64,000 nucleotides of DNA from assembly GCF_035084215.1 (NCBI RefSeq), contig NC_090325.1, positions 96,906,001 through 96,970,000 on the forward strand, given 5' to 3'. The stretch is from Heptranchias perlo. Taxonomy: Eukaryota. Made by a program: the position numbers and the translations under genes. The notes under the pieces were generated by a model, which had not been told where the DNA came from, did no database searches, and worked only from the letters and a program-made list of their open reading frames with translations. Positions 25,523-37,560 of the stretch are shown here, one piece after another (position 1 is the first letter of the stretch; each line of letters begins with the position of its first letter).

Positions 25523-26928
25523 AGCGCACCTCTGTCTTGTGCACCAGCATATCCCAAAACAGAACTCTCAATCTCAACAAAGAACTCTCTGTCCCAACAC
25601 AAAAAGAACTCTCAGCCAAATGTTTGCCTGACAGAACTGAGGGATGAGCTGGAATGCCTGAGCTTTTATTGAGATGTGTCAATCACAGGTTTAAAGGGCC
25701 AAATCAACTTTTGCTTAAATCTCACTTCCACTTCACTGGCGAGTTTGAGAAGCCATGGGAAACAAGTGCAGTTAATGTTAAATTAGTTTCAGGTTCAGAA
25801 TCCACAAAAAATTAACTACCTTAAATATCTGAAGTAGCTAAATTTCCCCTTTAACGATCCACCCACCAGCATTAATAATGGACATGACTCCCGGGTTTCG
25901 GATGCGGTATGCATTCAAACGCGCCTGGGTTAAACCCGGAAGTGGGTGCATTGGAACCGGTTTGTGGTCCCGCTAATGAATTCTACAATTTTGGCTCCTG
26001 ACCCGCCCCCAGCCCACCCATTCTTGAAGGTTAAAATCACTTACGTGGTCTCAGTAATTTACAGTTACTTGCAGATTGGAGTTTATCTTATCAAGTAAAC
26101 AAAAAGTTTTACAAGCTCTGAAACCAAAGCTAATTAAGTCCAATAACAGTTTAAGAAAACCAGAAGACCAGAAGTGATGCTGACAGGAATAGAACATTTC
26201 TGATAAATATTCATACTGAAGTTGCAGTGACATTGAGAACTTCTTTAAAGTCCTGATAAACTGGAAAACAATGTTTGTGTGCGACAAAGGGTCTTGGGGA
26301 GATCTAGTAAAACAAAAATACACTTGTCACTGACGTCCATGAGATTAGGGAAGTTTGTATTCATTCACTATCTTGCTGTATGGGCCCATGTGGAAGTCAA
26401 GGCTAACAGTGTTTAACATTTTGACTGGAAATTTGACTTTAAATATTTACATCAATTGCTGGAGACATTTTTTTATTGGGTGTATCCTACAATAGAGAAT
26501 GGGAGGTCAATAACTCAAGGGGTAATTGCCTAATATGTTTTATTACATGATGGCAAATTATACAGTATTTGGAAATTGTGCCTTTTCTCTGTAACAATGT
26601 AATCCAGTCAGTGATGATACTGCAATCTATTTTTGTATCCAAACCAGAGCAGAAATGATATTTTGTGTGTTGTCAGTAGTTATTTGAGCATATTCCTTAA
26701 ATGGTTTACCATTAGTAGTAGTACAGTTGGGAAAAATAGAATGGTAAGGTTAAATCTTTTCTGTGCAACTACTAAAATTGATTTGTTTTCTTACAACCAT
26801 TTATTGCAACACTTTATTTAATGTACTTTGTCACCCACTTTGGAGAAATGAGAACACAGATTAATATAGTGAGAGATTAGTAGCCTGGATAATGACAAAG
26901 AGCAAACCAACATAGCAGCAGATAGTGT

Positions 26929-27096
26929 GGGGGCTGAAATTGGTCTTGAGCAGCACCTCAAAACAAGCCATAGTGAATCAGTAGCCCACCTTATACTGCC
27001 TCCAATTTCTTATCCGTTGAAGTCAATGGAAAGGAATATCAGGCGCCGATACACGACGGGCCATTTTCCACCTGCACCGAAGTTGAATTTCACCCC
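26929..27096. mobile_element. Palindromic Harbinger-type MITE
   Basis: Ends gggctgaaatt / aatttcacccc, flanked by tgt...tgt, with symmetric centre ccgttgaagtcaatgg. Confidence 0.7.
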
Positions 27097-27132
27097 TGTG
27101 ATCTTTATAATAGACTGATTTTGTAAGTATGT

Positions 27133-27719
27133 GGGGTAGGTTTTGATCTGGGCCCATTTTGACTCAGCCCAAACAAAGAGGCCTGAGGATTGATGGAAAT
27201 TGTTCCTCGGGCCTTATCAGTATACTTGGGGCGAGCTGCCGGTGCTGGCCCTGAGCGAAGAGATCAGTCCATCGGTCTTGTCGGTAGCGGTCCTCAGGTA
27301 AGTCCCAGGAGGGGGGATTGGAACGGTCAGCAGGGTGCGGCCAATCGCAACTCCAGTGAAGTCGAAGGAGCACTCCTGTACCTCCTGGCTCCACAGGAAT
27401 GTTTAAAAAAAATTAACTCACCTTTCATTGGTGGCCGCCAGGGCTGCTGGCAGTGCAGGCCCGATGCCTGCCCCACTCATCCGTCACTAATTTTAGCAAG
27501 GGGACCTTCAACACACTTTAGGCCACCAAATAACATATTTAAAGAGCCTAATACCTGTTTTAGGCATCCACTCGCGAGACCTAAAAAAAGGGCGTCCAAA
27601 TTTAGCAGTGAGACCAATGCCTGCGCAGATTGGTGCAGGCAGTCTCAGTGCTAAATTGGTATGCATGGCCCCTGTTTTACACCCAAAATATGGGCATAAA
27701 GCATACTAATTTCTACCAC
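27133..27719. mobile_element. Non-autonomous Harbinger-type element
   Basis: Ends ggggtaggtttt / aatttctaccac, 3-bp duplication tgt, GC-rich interior. Confidence 0.65.
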
Positions 27720-28803
27720 TGTAAAAGTAAATTGAAGCTTCTGTATGAAGCCCACATAACTTAAAACTCTTCCTTAATAAAGTGATTGGAAGGACATTAT
27801 GCGAGCCATAATGCTGGATACTGCAAGTCAGGAAGATTTCTTTTTATAATGAGGAATTTCTGGCTTCTAATTTTGCAAAAACACTTAAGAACACAGGAAA
27901 GTGGATTGCAGAGACATATGCACAAAAATAGGTTCTAACTACTTGGTAAGGTCCACAGGTCATATATTAAGTAGAGTACCAGAAATATTTGTAAAGTACA
28001 ATTTCAATTAAAGCATGGAAGAATAATTGGTTTGCAAAGACTAGATGGGCTGAATGGCCTTTTCTCATTCCATATTTTCTCTGTTTCTCATGTTCTTATC
28101 TAACAATGCTTCCTCTTGTCTCATGCTGGAACTTTTGAGCATCGCCTGAGGCCATAATCCTCCAACCGTCACAATTTTTGTTTCTGCTGAATGTGATTTG
28201 TCAGTTCAATGCGTAAACAGCTTACTATATCCTTCTTATTAATGTCTATGGCATTGTACTTCTGCCAATTAGTTTGGATGGAGCTGCATTAGTAATAGAT
28301 GTTGTAAACCAGTCAAGGGTTGATCAGAGATTTTCTCTTCAAATGCAGGGCAGCATCACATTCTCAATACATTCTGACTCTGCTCAAGGTCTATAATAAG
28401 TACTGCAAATGCATAGCAGGGATTTTGACACAACATTAATTTTAGTGGTTTGGCAGATTGTGGAGCTTTTCCAAGTTAAATTTAATTAACAAGTTCCTAG
28501 ACACTGACGTTGCATTCAGTTAGCATCATCGAAAACTTAATTGGTTCAGAAAGTAATTGTGTTCTTACCAGTATTACAAACAGAAACTAAGATGCTGACC
28601 TAGATTCTAAGTTGCCGAAACTCAGGCTAATATATAATACAAACTAAAAAGTTTATACTGGATGTGGTAATTTCAGCAGTTCTTTATTTACAGACTTTTA
28701 GTTCAGCAAAAGCCATTGGTGAAGATGTTTACTGACTCCACAAATGGGTGTGGTATATGAACCAGATAAATGATGAATTAATAGCAATTTTTAAAATACT
28801 TAA

Positions 28804-29626
28804 GGTCCCCATTTTCAGTTGGATGTGAAATTGTCATGTGTTTCGCACGTTTTCCGGCTCCAATACAGGTGACACGAAGTTGAATTCTGCAGCGTTCCAA
28901 GTTGGACCGACGCCGGAAGCGCCAATATGGTGGGCAGGAAGCACGTGCTCATTACGAGCCAGAAGTGGTACAGGCAAAAACATAGGCGACCAGACCCTAT
29001 GCCTGAAACAGGCGTTAGGCACTTTGCACATGCAAATAACGGGTTTAACGCCTTTTTCAGGTCCCCACTGCAAAATTGGGTTGCCCTCAACGCAGCATGC
29101 AGGGCTGGCTGCATTCAGAGAAATCAGGTCTACATGTAATCTAACCAATGCTCTTGAAAGGGACTACTCCAGGCCAACACCAAAAAGGTAACTTTGTAAA
29201 AAATACTTCCCTATTGCCCTCTCTCACCACCTCTCCCCCACACTGACCATTGCCTCAACCCTTGTCCCGATTGCTGCCTCCACTCCTCATGTTGATTGAC
29301 CCCCACCCGATATCCTAATCACCACCCCCGTCCTGGTCACCTGATAAACCCTCTCCCGGTTTGTCCACCCCTCCCGATCGCCCTCCCTTTTCCAGTCACC
29401 CACCCTCTCACGATCGCATCATCTTTCTCTTTAATGACCGATTCAAAGCCTCTTCACCTGTTAGCTGCCTGGGGCCACCCAGCTGGTGCCGACAGCTCAC
29501 TGGTGTCATTTAAATGAGACCCAACGCCAATAATCGAGTGTGCCTTAGAGCCAACTGTTCCGGCGCAGGGACTGTCCCCTGTGCCCAGTTCATGCCGGCC
29601 TGCCGGCACAAATGAATATCTGGACC
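28804..29626. mobile_element. Non-autonomous Harbinger-type element
   Basis: Imperfect inverted ends ggtccccattttca / tgaatatctggacc around a GC/CpG-rich interior in an AT-rich background. Confidence 0.5.
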
Positions 29627-29634
29627 ATAAATTT

Positions 29635-29774
29635 TTATCTTGCAGAGTCAATGGTAGCTCACATGTCTTATGTACTTTTCCTCTACAAATGCCTGACTAA
29701 CTCCTTATCTTGCGGAGTCAATGGTAGCTCACTTGTCTTATGTACTTTTCCTCTACAAATACCTGACTAACTCC
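29635..29774. repeat. 70-bp tandem duplication (2 copies)
   Basis: ttatcttgc.gagtcaatggtagctcac...cctgactaactcc repeated head to tail with 3 differences. Confidence 0.95.
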
Positions 29775-30224
29775 AACGAGATTAGTTCTTAAATAATTGG
29801 ACTGTCTATTAAATTAGCACAATTAACTCGGCTCACTTACAATTTGGTTCATTTATATTGCAAATTTAGCAACTTTGGTAAGTGGTTTCAGCTGGACGTG
29901 GCAGTCTCACACCTTTGGGTTTGTTGCTAGTGCTGTGTCAAACAGGGTTTGAAATGTACTCTGGGGTCCCTTGGATCTATGGGCCACTTTTCTTTCTTAA
30001 CTTACCAAGAGCTTTATTTAAATGTATTGCGAGTTCAGATGCTTCTACCTGAGCTCTCAAAACATTTAAAATGTAATGGTTGGGAGCAGAGCTCTTTGTA
30101 TCCAAATGATCAAGTACGGGAAGAGCTCTCTCCTGGCTGAATCAGGGCTAGGAAGGAGCCAGGTATTCTTAGGTGGGAACCTATGTTGCATCAACTGATC
30201 TAAGGTTAGTAGTTACAGTATGAA

Positions 30225-31814
30225 GTTGCATCTTTCTTTCCGAGCCATCTCCAAGCTCATCTTAAACACTAGACCCACTTCCTGCTCCCTTGCCCTTGTT
30301 CTCAACAAACTGCTGACCACCCAACTTCCCTTCCTGGTCCCAATGTTAGCTGATATTATTAACGGTTCCCTCTCCACAAGTACAGTTCCCTTCCTCTTCA
30401 AACCTGCTGTCATCACCCACCCACCTCCTCAAAAAACCTACCCTTGACCCCTCTGTCCTTGCAAACTACCACCCCATCTCCAACCTCCCTTTCCTCTCCA
30501 AAGTCCTTGAACATGTTGTCGCCTCCCAAATCCATGCCCATCTTTCCCACAACTCCATGTTTGTATCCATCCAATCAAGTTTCCGCTTCTGCCACAGCAC
30601 TGAAACCTTCTCGATTTGTCATGGTTGACTACACCATCCTCCTCCAACACCTCTCCTCTGTCGTCTAGCTGGGTGGGACTGCTCTCGCCTGGTTCCATTC
30701 CAATCTATCCAGTCGTAGCCAGAGAATTACTTGCAATGGCTTCTCTTCCTCTTCTTGCACCGTTCCTTCTGGCGTCCCCCAAGGATCTATCCTTGGCCTC
30801 CTCTATTTCTAATCCACATGCTGCCCCTCGGCAACATCATCTGAAAACACAACAGGCTCCACGTGTATGCTGATGACACCCAGCTCTACCTCATCACCAC
30901 CTCTCTTGATCCCTCCACTTTCTCTGATTTGTCACACGGCTTGTCATACATCCACTATTGGATGAGCAAAAATTTCCTCCAACTAGATACTGGGAAGGCC
31001 GAAGTCATTGCCTTCGGTCCCCGCTGTAAACTCCGTTCCCAGCCACCAACTCCATCCCTCTCCTCGGTCACTGTCTGAGGCTGAACCAGACCGTTCACAA
31101 CCTTGGCGTCCTATTTGACCCTGAGATGAGCTTCCAACGACATATTGACACCAGCACCAAGACCGCCTACTTTCACCTTCGTAACATCACCCGTTTCCAC
31201 TCCTGCCTCAGCTCATCTGCTGCTGAAACCCTCTTCCATGCCCGTGTTACCTCTAGACTTGACTATTCCAATGCTCTCCTGGCTGGCCTCCCATCTTCCA
31301 CCCTCCATAAACTTGAGCTCATCCAAAACTTTGCTGCCCACATCCTAACTTGCACTAAATCCCGTTCTCCCATCACCCCTGTACTTACTGACCTGCATTG
31401 GCTCCCGATCCGGGAATGCATTGATTTTAAAATTTTCATCCTTGTTTTCAAATCTCTCCATGGCCTCGCCCCTCCCTATCTCTGTAACCTCCTTCAGCCC
31501 TACAATCTAATGAGATTTCTGCGCTCCTCCAATTCTTGCCTCGTGCGCATTCCCAGTTTTAATCACTCTACCATTGGTGGCCATGCCTTCAGCTGTCTAG
31601 GCCCTAAGCTCTGGAATTCCCTCCCTAAGCCTCTCAGCCCTTCTACCACTTTCTCCTCCTTTAAGATGCTCCTTAAAATCTACCTCTTTGACCAAGCTTT
31701 TGGTCACCTGTCCAAATATCTCCTTATGTGACTTGGTGTCAAATTTTGTTTGATAATGCTCCTGTGAAGCCCCTTGTGATGTTTTACTACATTAAAGGTG
31801 CTACAGAAATGAAA

Positions 31815-31850
<36 letters not shown>
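30225..31850 (+). mobile_element. L2 LINE, 5'-truncated, with (TTG)n tail
   Basis: YADDTQLY at 30863, 201-aa C-terminal ORF 31126-31731, and a (ttg)n microsatellite tail at ~31816-31850. Confidence 0.95.
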
Positions 31851-33187
31851 AGTCCACCATAAAACATACAGATTGCAATTTATTATTTTCTATTCATTTT
31901 TGATAGTTCCATTTTTATTAAGCGGTATATGATTTCATTAAACATAGGGCACAGAGGAAATCTACAGCCCTATATCATGCCCACCCTCAGAACACGGTGG
32001 CTGTTGATCTGTTCCTAGACCTCTGCCATCGCAACTTATGAACAGATCACTAGCAACTGTACCGGTGTGTTGCTGCAATATTCTGAAATCACCACCCACC
32101 GCCCCCACACCCTCCCGCCCAGAAAATCCTGGAAATACACAACAGGTCATTCAGTAAAGAGAAAGTGTGCACCCTTCATTAGAACTGAAAGAGAAGCAAG
32201 CATTTTAGTAAGGCTGAAAAAAAGAGGGAAAAAGGAAGGGAAAGAAATAACAGATACTTCAATCACAGAGAGAAAGTTCATGGGATGAATGACCTACAAC
32301 AGCTTACTAGAAAACGATGAAATTATACAAAAGATCACCAGCAAGGAAACGGAAAGACATTAAAGGAACATGTGATGGTTAAGAGAGTGAAAAGACATGG
32401 AGAGGCCCACACAAACAAAGAGCTGGATAGGTATATTGCTGGTTGATTCCTTATCCGATTTTGCCTTAATCTATTTTGAATGCTCCATTTAAAAGAAAAC
32501 AAAACTCTTTAACATTCTAATGTCTCCAGTGTCCTGATACCATCAAGGACTAATCTCATTATATAGTGTGTTTGGAGGGTAAGTTTTAGGAATATGTGCT
32601 CCCAGCACAGAGCATCGTTCGGGTGTGGAGGTCAAATTTTAATGGATGGAAAATCCTGCTGAACTCGCTAATCTCCAAGGCCAAAATTCCCAATATGGCC
32701 TCCCAATGCATGAACACCCACACCTGGATTGTGAATGCATAAAATCTATGCCAGCAAAAAGTTAGTATGAAGTTTAAATAATGAATGAATTAGGTGTGAC
32801 ATTAGCTTTACAATATAATTTCTGAGTTCACAGTATGAGGCTGGTATTGTGACTTGAATTAGTAAAGTTTTCAATCTTTCACAGAGCTCTCAATTTCTAA
32901 CCTGGACTCACAGCATAAAATACAAAATTGTCCCTAATGCTGTATTAATTGGTACTCTTACTCAGAGCGACCACAGGGTCCCTGGTGCGGGAAATGGAAA
33001 TATGTCACATTGATGTTGTAAGGGGTGTTCTTAAGAGATTGTAGTGGTGATTTTTTTTTGCCTGCCATCCTGTTTTTTGGTGTGAACAGGGCGGTAGAGG
33101 TTTAAAAATTTTATTTTTTTTTAAATTGTGACGATTTCACGCCTGAGGCCCATCTGATAAGATTTTCAAGTGAGTCTCAATTTAGTT

Positions 33188-33937
33188 GGCCAACAAGAGA
33201 GAATCCAACCACCTCCCCTTGAAATTCAAAGGCATTACCATCGTTGAATCCCCCACCATCAACATCCTGGGGGTCACCACTGACCAGAAACTTAACTGGA
33301 CCAGCCACATAAATACTGTGGCTATAAGAGCAGGTCAGAGGCTGGGTATTCTGTGGCGAATGACTCACCTCCTGACTCCCCAAAGCCTTTCCACCATCTA
33401 CAAGGCGCAAGTCAGGAGTGTGATGGAATACTCTCCACTTGCCTGGATGAGTGCAGCTCCAACAACACTCAAGAAGCTCGACACCATTCAGGACAAAGCA
33501 GCCCGCTTGATTGGCACCCCATCCACCACTTTAAACATTCACTCCCTTCACCACTGGCACACTGTGGCTGCAGTGTGTACCATCCACAGGATGCACTGCA
33601 GCAACTCGCCAAGGCTTCTTCAACAGCACCTCCCAAACCCGCAACCTCTACCACCTAGAAGGACAAGGGCAGCAGGCACATGGGAACACCACCACTTGCA
33701 TGTTCCCCTCCAAGTCACACACCATTCCTACTTGGAAATATATCACCATTCGTTCATCGTCGCTGGGTCAAAACCCTGGAACTCCCTACCTAACAGCACT
33801 GTGGGAGAACCTTCACCACACGGACTGCAGCGGTTCAAGAAGGCGGCTCACCACCACCTTCTCGAGGGCAATTAGGAATGGGCAATAAATGCTGGTCTTG
33901 CCAGCGACGCCCACATCCCACGAATGAATAAAAAAAA
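33188..33937 (+). mobile_element. LINE family A 3' fragment
   Basis: 229-aa ORF (LGVTTDQKLNWTSHI...YKAQVRSVMEY) and tail cacatcccacgaatgaataaaaaaaa. Confidence 0.95.
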
Positions 33938-34339
33938 TACCTTGGGAAGCACAGAAGCCATTCTAGAAAATTTTGGTAAGAGAGTATTAAAGTATGTTAT
34001 TCTAACGTGAAATTACTCTGAGCATTAGAGCTAATTTCCGCACTGATAGTGTGAAAAATTTAGTGTATTAGCATTAACAGAGTACATTTTGGCCATGCTC
34101 CTAAAATTCCTCTTGGGACTGAAGTGGATTAATGCATATTTATACATAGACCTGCATTAATTTTTTTTTAGCTTGTTAAGGGCTTATTAAGCATCAATTA
34201 CAGGCAAACATGCATATGTACTCAAGCTTGTGCCTTCCAGCCTACATTGCATTAATTATGCCTGCTATAAATTTGGTGTTAAGGCACTGAGGAGAGTTGG
34301 GAGAGGTCCAACACTGTGAAGAGCAATAGATATTGTAAC

Positions 34340-34940
34340 GAGTGATTTAATTATTTCAGTTTGCACAACAACATATTTGCATCACCAAGCCTCAATTTGT
34401 TGGATGATGTTGGAGGAAGAAGAGAAGAGGAGGAGGAGAAGAATGAGGAGAATAAAAGAAAGGCCAGGGATGCCCAAGACATAGGAAGAGGACCACCAGG
34501 ATTCATTATTACCCCAAACAGCATGTCTACTACCTGTGACTCAAGTAACTCGACCTTGAGGTACAATATGTTAGAAGCCTATACCCAGGAAAAAAAATGA
34601 ATATTATTTGTGCTATCTCTTGCAACCAGACCTGAGGAGCGACATGGCCATCACCATGCTATCAATACCAGCAAAAAGGACTGCGGCTGTAAACATCTTT
34701 GCTACATGCTCCTTCCAGGCAATAGCAGGAGACTTGGCAAGGATCAATGAGTTTGCTCCATTACCCTGGTCACAGATGCCCTGTTTCTGGTAAGTATATT
34801 GAAATCAGCACAGGCATGCAACAGCAGGCTTTTTCGAAAATGTGGCATTTCTATGTTGCAATGCACGATTGACTGCACCCATGTGGCCATTCAAGTACCT
34901 GTACAATATTTCATAATATTTGTTGACAGAAAAGTGCAAT
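34340..34940 (+). mobile_element. Decayed Harbinger transposase remnant
   Basis: AVNIFATCSFQAIAGDL and [15 protein letters not shown]...FVDRK. Confidence 0.75.
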
Positions 34941-34952
34941 ATTTGATAAATT

Positions 34953-36377
34953 ATCGTCGACAGTGCTATCAAGTGGACTCACTCACCAATAACCTGCTCA
35001 TCAATGCTCAGTTTGGGTTCCACCAGGACCACTCGGCTCCAGACCTCATTACAGCCTTGGTCCAAACATGGACAAAAGAGCTGAATTCCAGAGGTGAGGT
35101 GAGAGTGACTGTCCTTGACATCAAGGCAGCATTTGACCGAGTGTGGCACCAAGGAGTCTTAGTAAAATTGAAGTCAATGTGAATCAGGGGGGAAAACTCT
35201 CCAGTGGCTGCAGTCATACAAAGGAAGATGGTAGTGGTTGTTGGAGGCCAATCATCTCAGCCCCAGGACATTGCTGCAGGAGCTCCTCAGGGCAGTGTCC
35301 TAGCCCAACCATCTTCAGCTGCTTCATCAATGACCTTCCCTCCATCATATGTGCTGTTAGGTAGGGAGTTCCAGCATTTTGACCCAGCAACGATGAAGGA
35401 ACGTCAATATATTTCCAAGTCGGGATGGTGTGCGACTTGGAGGGGAAGTTGCAGGTGGGAAATGTGGATGTTGGCTAATGATTGCACAGTGTTCAGTTCC
35501 ATTCGCAACCCCTCAGATAATGAAGCAGTCCATGCCCGCATGCAGCAAGATCTGGATAACATCCAGGCTTGGGCTGATAAGTGGCAAGTAACATTCGCTC
35601 CAGACAAGTGCCAGGCAATGACCATCTCCAACAAGAGAGAGTCTAACCACCTCCCCTTGACATTCAACGGCATTACCATCGCTGAATCCCCCACCATCAA
35701 CATCCTGGAGGTCACTGTTGACCAGAAACTTAACTGGACTTGCCATATAAATACTGTGGCTACAAGAGCAGGTCAGAGGCTGGGTATTCTGTGGCGAGTG
35801 ACTCACCTCCTGACTCCCAAAAGCCTTTCCACCAACTACAAGGCACAAGTCAGGAGTTTGGTGGAATACTTTCCACTTGCCTGGATGAATGCAGCTCCAA
35901 CAACACTCAAGAAGCTCGACACCATCCAGGACAAAGCAGCCCGCTTGATTGGCACCCCATCCACCACCCTAAACATTCACTCCCTTCACCACCGGCGCAC
36001 TGTGGCTGCAGTGTGTACCATCCACAGGATGCACTGCAGCAACTCACCAAGGCTTCTTCGGCAGCACCTCCCAAACCCGCGACCTCTACCACCTAGAAGG
36101 ACAAGAGCAGCAGGCACGTGGGAACAACACCACCTGCAAGTTCCCCTCCAAGTCACACACCAGCCCGACTTGGAAATATATCGCCGTTCCTTCATCGTCG
36201 CTGGGTCAAAATGCTGGAACTCCCTTCCTAACAGCACTGTGGGAGAATCTTCACCACGCGGACTGCAACGGTTCAAGAAGGCGGCTCACCACCACCTTCT
36301 CAAGGGCAATTTGGGATGGACAATAAATGCTGTCCTCACCAGCGATACCCACATCCCATGAACGAATTTTTAAAAAA
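34953..36377 (+). mobile_element. LINE family A copy with internal inverted insertion
   Basis: QFGFHQDHS...LDIKAAFDRVWH through to the 3' tail. Segment 35350-35458 is an inverted copy of 36130-36237. Confidence 0.95.
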
Positions 36378-36389
36378 TTGTCAAATCAC

Positions 36390-37348
36390 TGGGTGAAAAA
36401 ATTCGATAGGGGCCGTTTTTGGGCGTAGGTAGCGTGGTGTGCTATTACCCCACGCCCAGTGACCCATGCACAGGTTTCAGCCCACTCCAGGACTTACCTG
36501 CAATCAACATTCCATTCCATGCCTTGCACGTGGAATCAATACAATTCCCACTTTCCACCACCAGAGGGAGCTCAATCTCTTAAAGGGTGGATGTTTATTA
36601 GAAATCTCCTAAAAGTATCTGGTACTTGTTATTTGCTGAAAATAATAGTCTACTATCTGCACGGAGTCCGAATGGAGATCAGACATTGCACACGTAAAAC
36701 ACAAATGCAGTTCCCATCCCTATGTTTACACACTGATGAGTTATGTTAAAACATTGAATAAAGGTTGCACACTGCTCAATCCCACACCCTCCAAACTGCA
36801 GGCCAGACCTCACCAATCTGTCGGTCTGAGTTGGTACCAGGCCTGCAAGGGTGCATGCACTGATATTCTCTGCTGATGCACTAGAGACCTTGGTGCAAGA
36901 GGGGGACAGAAGGAGGGACATCCTATATCCGCAGGGGGGTGGGTGGGGGGGAACAAGAGGCCCTCCAGACATATATCCAAAAGGCAGTGGGAGGCAGTGG
37001 AGGATGAAGTCAATGCCAGGCGCACTGCATCATGAACATGGATGCAGTGCAGGAAGAAGTTCAATGCTTTGACATGAGTGGGCAAGGTGAGTGAGGTCAA
37101 CTGTCAAGTGGCATCTCCTACCAACTGCACCAAACACTACACCCCCCATCCGCCACATACCAACAGTACTCAATTCTTCCAACCAGATGCTTCCTCTCAC
37201 CCTTACACATTACCACTGTTTCAAGCCGCCCACCCACAACTCACAGGTCACACACACTGGCAGCTATTCAAACATGACAAGCACATCACCCAGACACACG
37301 TCCCGCTTTCTTGCAGGAGAAGGTGGCGCATATCAAAAGGCAGCAAGT
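36390..37348 (+). mobile_element. Left part of another Harbinger family with Myb/SANT exon
   Basis: FSADALETLVQEGDRRRDILYP...WEAVEDEVNA...WMQCRKKFNAL..GK|gtgagt, then an intron and ttcttgcag|EKVAHIKRQQ, truncated by a CR1. Confidence 0.8.
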
Positions 37349-37349
37349 G

Positions 37350-37560
37350 GCAGTGGAATTCAGCCCCTTGAGCCTGTTCCGTCATTCAATGAGATCATGA
37401 TGGACCTGTGACCTAACTCCATATACCCCACTTAGCACAATACGCCTTAATACCCTTGGTTCACAGAAAGCTATCAATCTCAGATTTAACTTTCACAAGT
37501 GAGCTAGCATCAACTGCCATCTGCAGAAGAGCGTTCCAAACGTCTTGCACCCTTTGCCTT
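37350..37560 (-). mobile_element. CR1 3' fragment
   Basis: QRVQDVWNALLQMAVDASSL.KVKSEIDSFL plus 3'UTR. Confidence 0.8.

Larger units (their letters stand above)
19930..26044. mobile_element. PIF/Harbinger DNA transposon copy 2, two-gene type, with nested LINE
   Basis: Colinear with copy 1. + strand Myb gene, - strand transposase, right end ...ggttaaaatcacttac. The left TIR was not located. Confidence 0.9.

Noticed and set aside
4761-26044. Segmental duplication explaining the two similar blocks
   Set aside because: Similarity ends at the transposon terminus and the flanks differ, so these are independent insertions.
35204-36361. 385-aa ORF as a novel RT fusion protein
   Set aside because: Chance read-through of a frameshifted LINE segment, the inverted insert and the LINE C-terminus. 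The catalytic motif is degraded (LANDC).
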